NCBI GenBank assembly: GCA_963849405.1
Contig: CAWKHG010000006.1
Location: forward strand, 206,891 to 270,890
From: an uncultured Chloroflexia bacterium
GTDB taxonomy: Bacteria > Chloroflexota > Limnocylindria > Limnocylindrales > CSP1-4
Direction: 5' to 3'
Length of the DNA: 64,000 nt
How positions within the stretch are numbered: the first letter of the stretch is position 1; the number at the start of each line of letters is the position of its first letter. The notes beneath the pieces were generated by a model. That model ran no database searches. It was not told where the DNA came from and saw only the letters and a list, made by a program, of their open reading frames with translations. Both the position numbers and the translations under genes were made by a program. This document shows positions 62,332-64,000 of the stretch, piece after piece.

Positions 62332-63227
62332 TGCGAGCGTTCGTGGTGGGACGGCGGCGGAGAGGTCGCAAGATCGGGACCGTCGTCCAGCAGACGCGGC
62401 GGCGGCTGGAGGCCGCCGGCTGGACCGTGGAGACCGCATTCGTCGAGCGCAAGAAGGAGCTGCGCCAGGCGGCCCAACGTGCCGTCAGCGAGAAGTTCGA
62501 CGTGGTGGTGGCAGTGGGCGGTGACGGGGCCGTGCTGCAGGTCGTCCAGGTCCTCGCCGAGACGGACGTCGCGCTCGGGATCGTCCCGATGGGTACCGGC
62601 AACCTGCTGGCGGGCAACCTGGGCATCCCGCATCAGGTCGAGCGCGCCGGGGAGACACTGCTCAACGGGTCGCGGCGGCGGATCGACCTCGGCCGCGTCA
62701 CGATCGCCGGCAAGCGCAAGTACTTCGCGGTGGCCTGCGGCATCGGCTTCGATGCCGAGGTGATGAAGGGGACGGCCAAGGTCCACAAGCTGCGCTGGGG
62801 CAAGCTCGCCTACCTGGCAAGCGCCGTTCGCAAGAGCGGCAAGATGCGCAACGCCAGCCACGACATCGAGCTCGATGGGAAGCCGAGCACGATGGACGCC
62901 GCCCAGGTCTTCATCGCCAACTTCGGGAAGATGGGCGCCGGACTCGAGCCGCGCCTCCAGGTCGCCGCGGACGACGGCTTGCTGGACGTCATGGTCGTCC
63001 GTGCGTCGGGACCGATCCCGGGTCTGCTTGCAGGGTGGGAGGCGCTGCGCCAGAACGAGCTGGGCGAGAGCTCGGCCGGCCATGTGTTCCGGGCCAAGGC
63101 ACGCAAGGTGAAGCTCTCGAGCACGCCGCTCCGCCTGGTCGAGATCGACGGGAGCGTGGTCGGCACCACGCCGGTCAAGGCCACGATCCGGCCCGCCGCG
63201 CTCACGGTGATCGTGCCGGCGTCCTAG
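62328..63227 (+). CDS. diacylglycerol/lipid kinase family protein (DagK/YegS-like)
   Basis: ..VVVAVGGDGAVLQVV.. and ..LGIVPMGTGNLLA.. are DAGK catalytic-domain motifs. The start overlaps the PAP2 stop (GTGATG). Confidence 0.88.
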   Translation: MMRAFVVGRRRRGRKIGTVVQQTRRRLEAAGWTVETAFVERKKELRQAAQRAVSEKFDVVVAVGGDGAVLQVVQVLAETDVALGIVPMGTGNLLAGNLGIPHQVERAGETLLNGSRRRIDLGRVTIAGKRKYFAVACGIGFDAEVMKGTAKVHKLRWGKLAYLASAVRKSGKMRNASHDIELDGKPSTMDAAQVFIANFGKMGAGLEPRLQVAADDGLLDVMVVRASGPIPGLLAGWEALRQNELGESSAGHVFRAKARKVKLSSTPLRLVEIDGSVVGTTPVKATIRPAALTVIVPAS

Positions 63228-63381
63228 CGCCGGGGTCCGCGAGCGCGCCGCCGTGCCCCGCGAAACGAACGAACGACTCGCGCGTCATCCCCACAGGAAC
63301 GTCGTCGGGGGCGGCGCAGCGAGCATCGCCGAGCGTATCCTTGGCCCGACTGGCGGAGCGGATGGACGAGGCGACGATCGC

Positions 63382-63933
63382 GTGATCGAGATCAACCTCA
63401 CGAACACGATCTTCCTCTTCTGCGTCCTCGTGGGCGGCGGCCTGCTCCTGCTCACCATCCTCGTCGACGACGTCCTCGGCGGCATCTTCGACGCCCTGAA
63501 CATCGGCGTCGACTTCGCCGGGGTCTCGCTCGTCCCGCTGCTCCTCGGGTTCGTCTCGATGTTCGGCGTCGGTGGCCTGCTCGGCACCGAGATCCTGCAC
63601 CTGAGTGGCGCCCAGGCCTCGCTGGTCGGCGCCGGCTTCGGAGTCCTGGGGGCCGCGTTCGTCACCGGCATCTTCCGGTTCCTGCGGAAGGCCGAGTCGG
63701 CGGAGGCGTTCAGCCTCCAGGACATGGTCGGCTCCCAGGGCCGTGTCTCGGTCTCGATCCGGGCCGGTCACTTCGGCACCGTGATGCTGTCGTTCGCCGG
63801 CGCCTCGCACAACCTCACGGCCACCGCGGACGTGGACATCGCGGCCGGGGAACCGGTCGCCGTCGACGGCGTGGCCGGCTCGAACCTCATCGTCGTCCCG
63901 CTGGCCCGGCGGGCGGAGCCGCCCAGCAGCTGA
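63382..63933 (+). CDS. NfeD-like membrane protein (TM helices + C-terminal OB-fold-like domain)
   Basis: GTG 63382 lies within ORF 63253..63933. Three hydrophobic helices are followed by ..MVGSQGRVSVSIRAGHFGTVMLSFAGASHNLTATADVDIAAGEPVAVDGV... An ATG at 63986 may begin the next (truncated) gene. Confidence 0.6.
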   Translation: MIEINLTNTIFLFCVLVGGGLLLLTILVDDVLGGIFDALNIGVDFAGVSLVPLLLGFVSMFGVGGLLGTEILHLSGAQASLVGAGFGVLGAAFVTGIFRFLRKAESAEAFSLQDMVGSQGRVSVSIRAGHFGTVMLSFAGASHNLTATADVDIAAGEPVAVDGVAGSNLIVVPLARRAEPPSS

Positions 63934-64000
63934 GCCCTGGAGCGGCCGCCCGACCGCACGCCCGCACTGCCCAAACAGCCCGTTCATGGAGGGCCGGTTT

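Overview
Very GC-rich, gene-dense 64-kb chromosomal segment with about 55 recognisable protein genes on both strands. Intergenic gaps are short and many gene junctions are 4-nt GTGA/ATGA start-stop overlaps. The content looks like core genome of a high-GC Gram-positive-type lineage (Actinobacteria- or Chloroflexi-like; I cannot place it more precisely from sequence alone).

Gene order, left to right:
- clpX (5' partial), then a T-box/terminator leader controlling valS.
- An alpha-glucan/glucoside cluster: GH13 alpha-glucosidase, GT4 glycosyltransferase, two amylo-alpha-1,6-glucosidase-type enzymes, and a large GH63-like glucosidase. A block of zinc-ribbon proteins, an FmdB-type protein, an excisionase-type HTH and a YihY/BrkB membrane protein splits this cluster.
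- MoxR-DUF58-transglutaminase triad, pgi, and an isolated DUF4280 (PAAR-like) gene.
- A serine-biosynthesis-like operon: class-V aminotransferase, serA, histidine-phosphatase-family protein, 2-hydroxyacid dehydrogenase.
- TetR regulator with a 38-bp palindromic operator, rarA, and a membrane GGDEF/HD-GYP protein.
- UvrD-type helicase fused to a PD-(D/E)XK/Fe-S nuclease, HAD hydrolase, M20 amidohydrolase, agmatinase-family enzyme, methyltransferase.
- Receiver-ParA/MinD (CpaE/TadZ-like) ATPase, murI, DUF2342-type metalloprotease, a second 2-hydroxyacid dehydrogenase, ychF, PfkB kinase.
- A YprA/MrfA-YprB/MrfB-like helicase-exonuclease operon preceded by a GAAC-N4-GTTC SOS-box-like palindrome, then an FtsB-like gene.
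- A PAP2-PhoD-PAP2-diacylglycerol-kinase lipid-phosphate cluster and an NfeD-like protein.

I recognised no rRNA, tRNA, CRISPR array, transposase or integrase.

The dominant peculiarity is reading-frame breaks. By my manual reconstruction there are about 35 breaks in 22 genes, including valS, serA, pgi and clpX, while conserved motifs remain intact. This most likely reflects single-base indel errors in the assembly rather than real pseudogenes.

Other second-look items are a three-copy dispersed hairpin repeat, recurrent TAnnnT -10 boxes 6-8 nt upstream of start codons (leaderless transcripts), a GGDEF motif hidden by two compensating frameshifts, and the orphan PAAR-like gene. I found no system I could confidently call novel. 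The unexplained blocks are the zinc-ribbon cluster (10094..14243) and the membrane protein coupled to the lipid-phosphate cluster (57800..63933).
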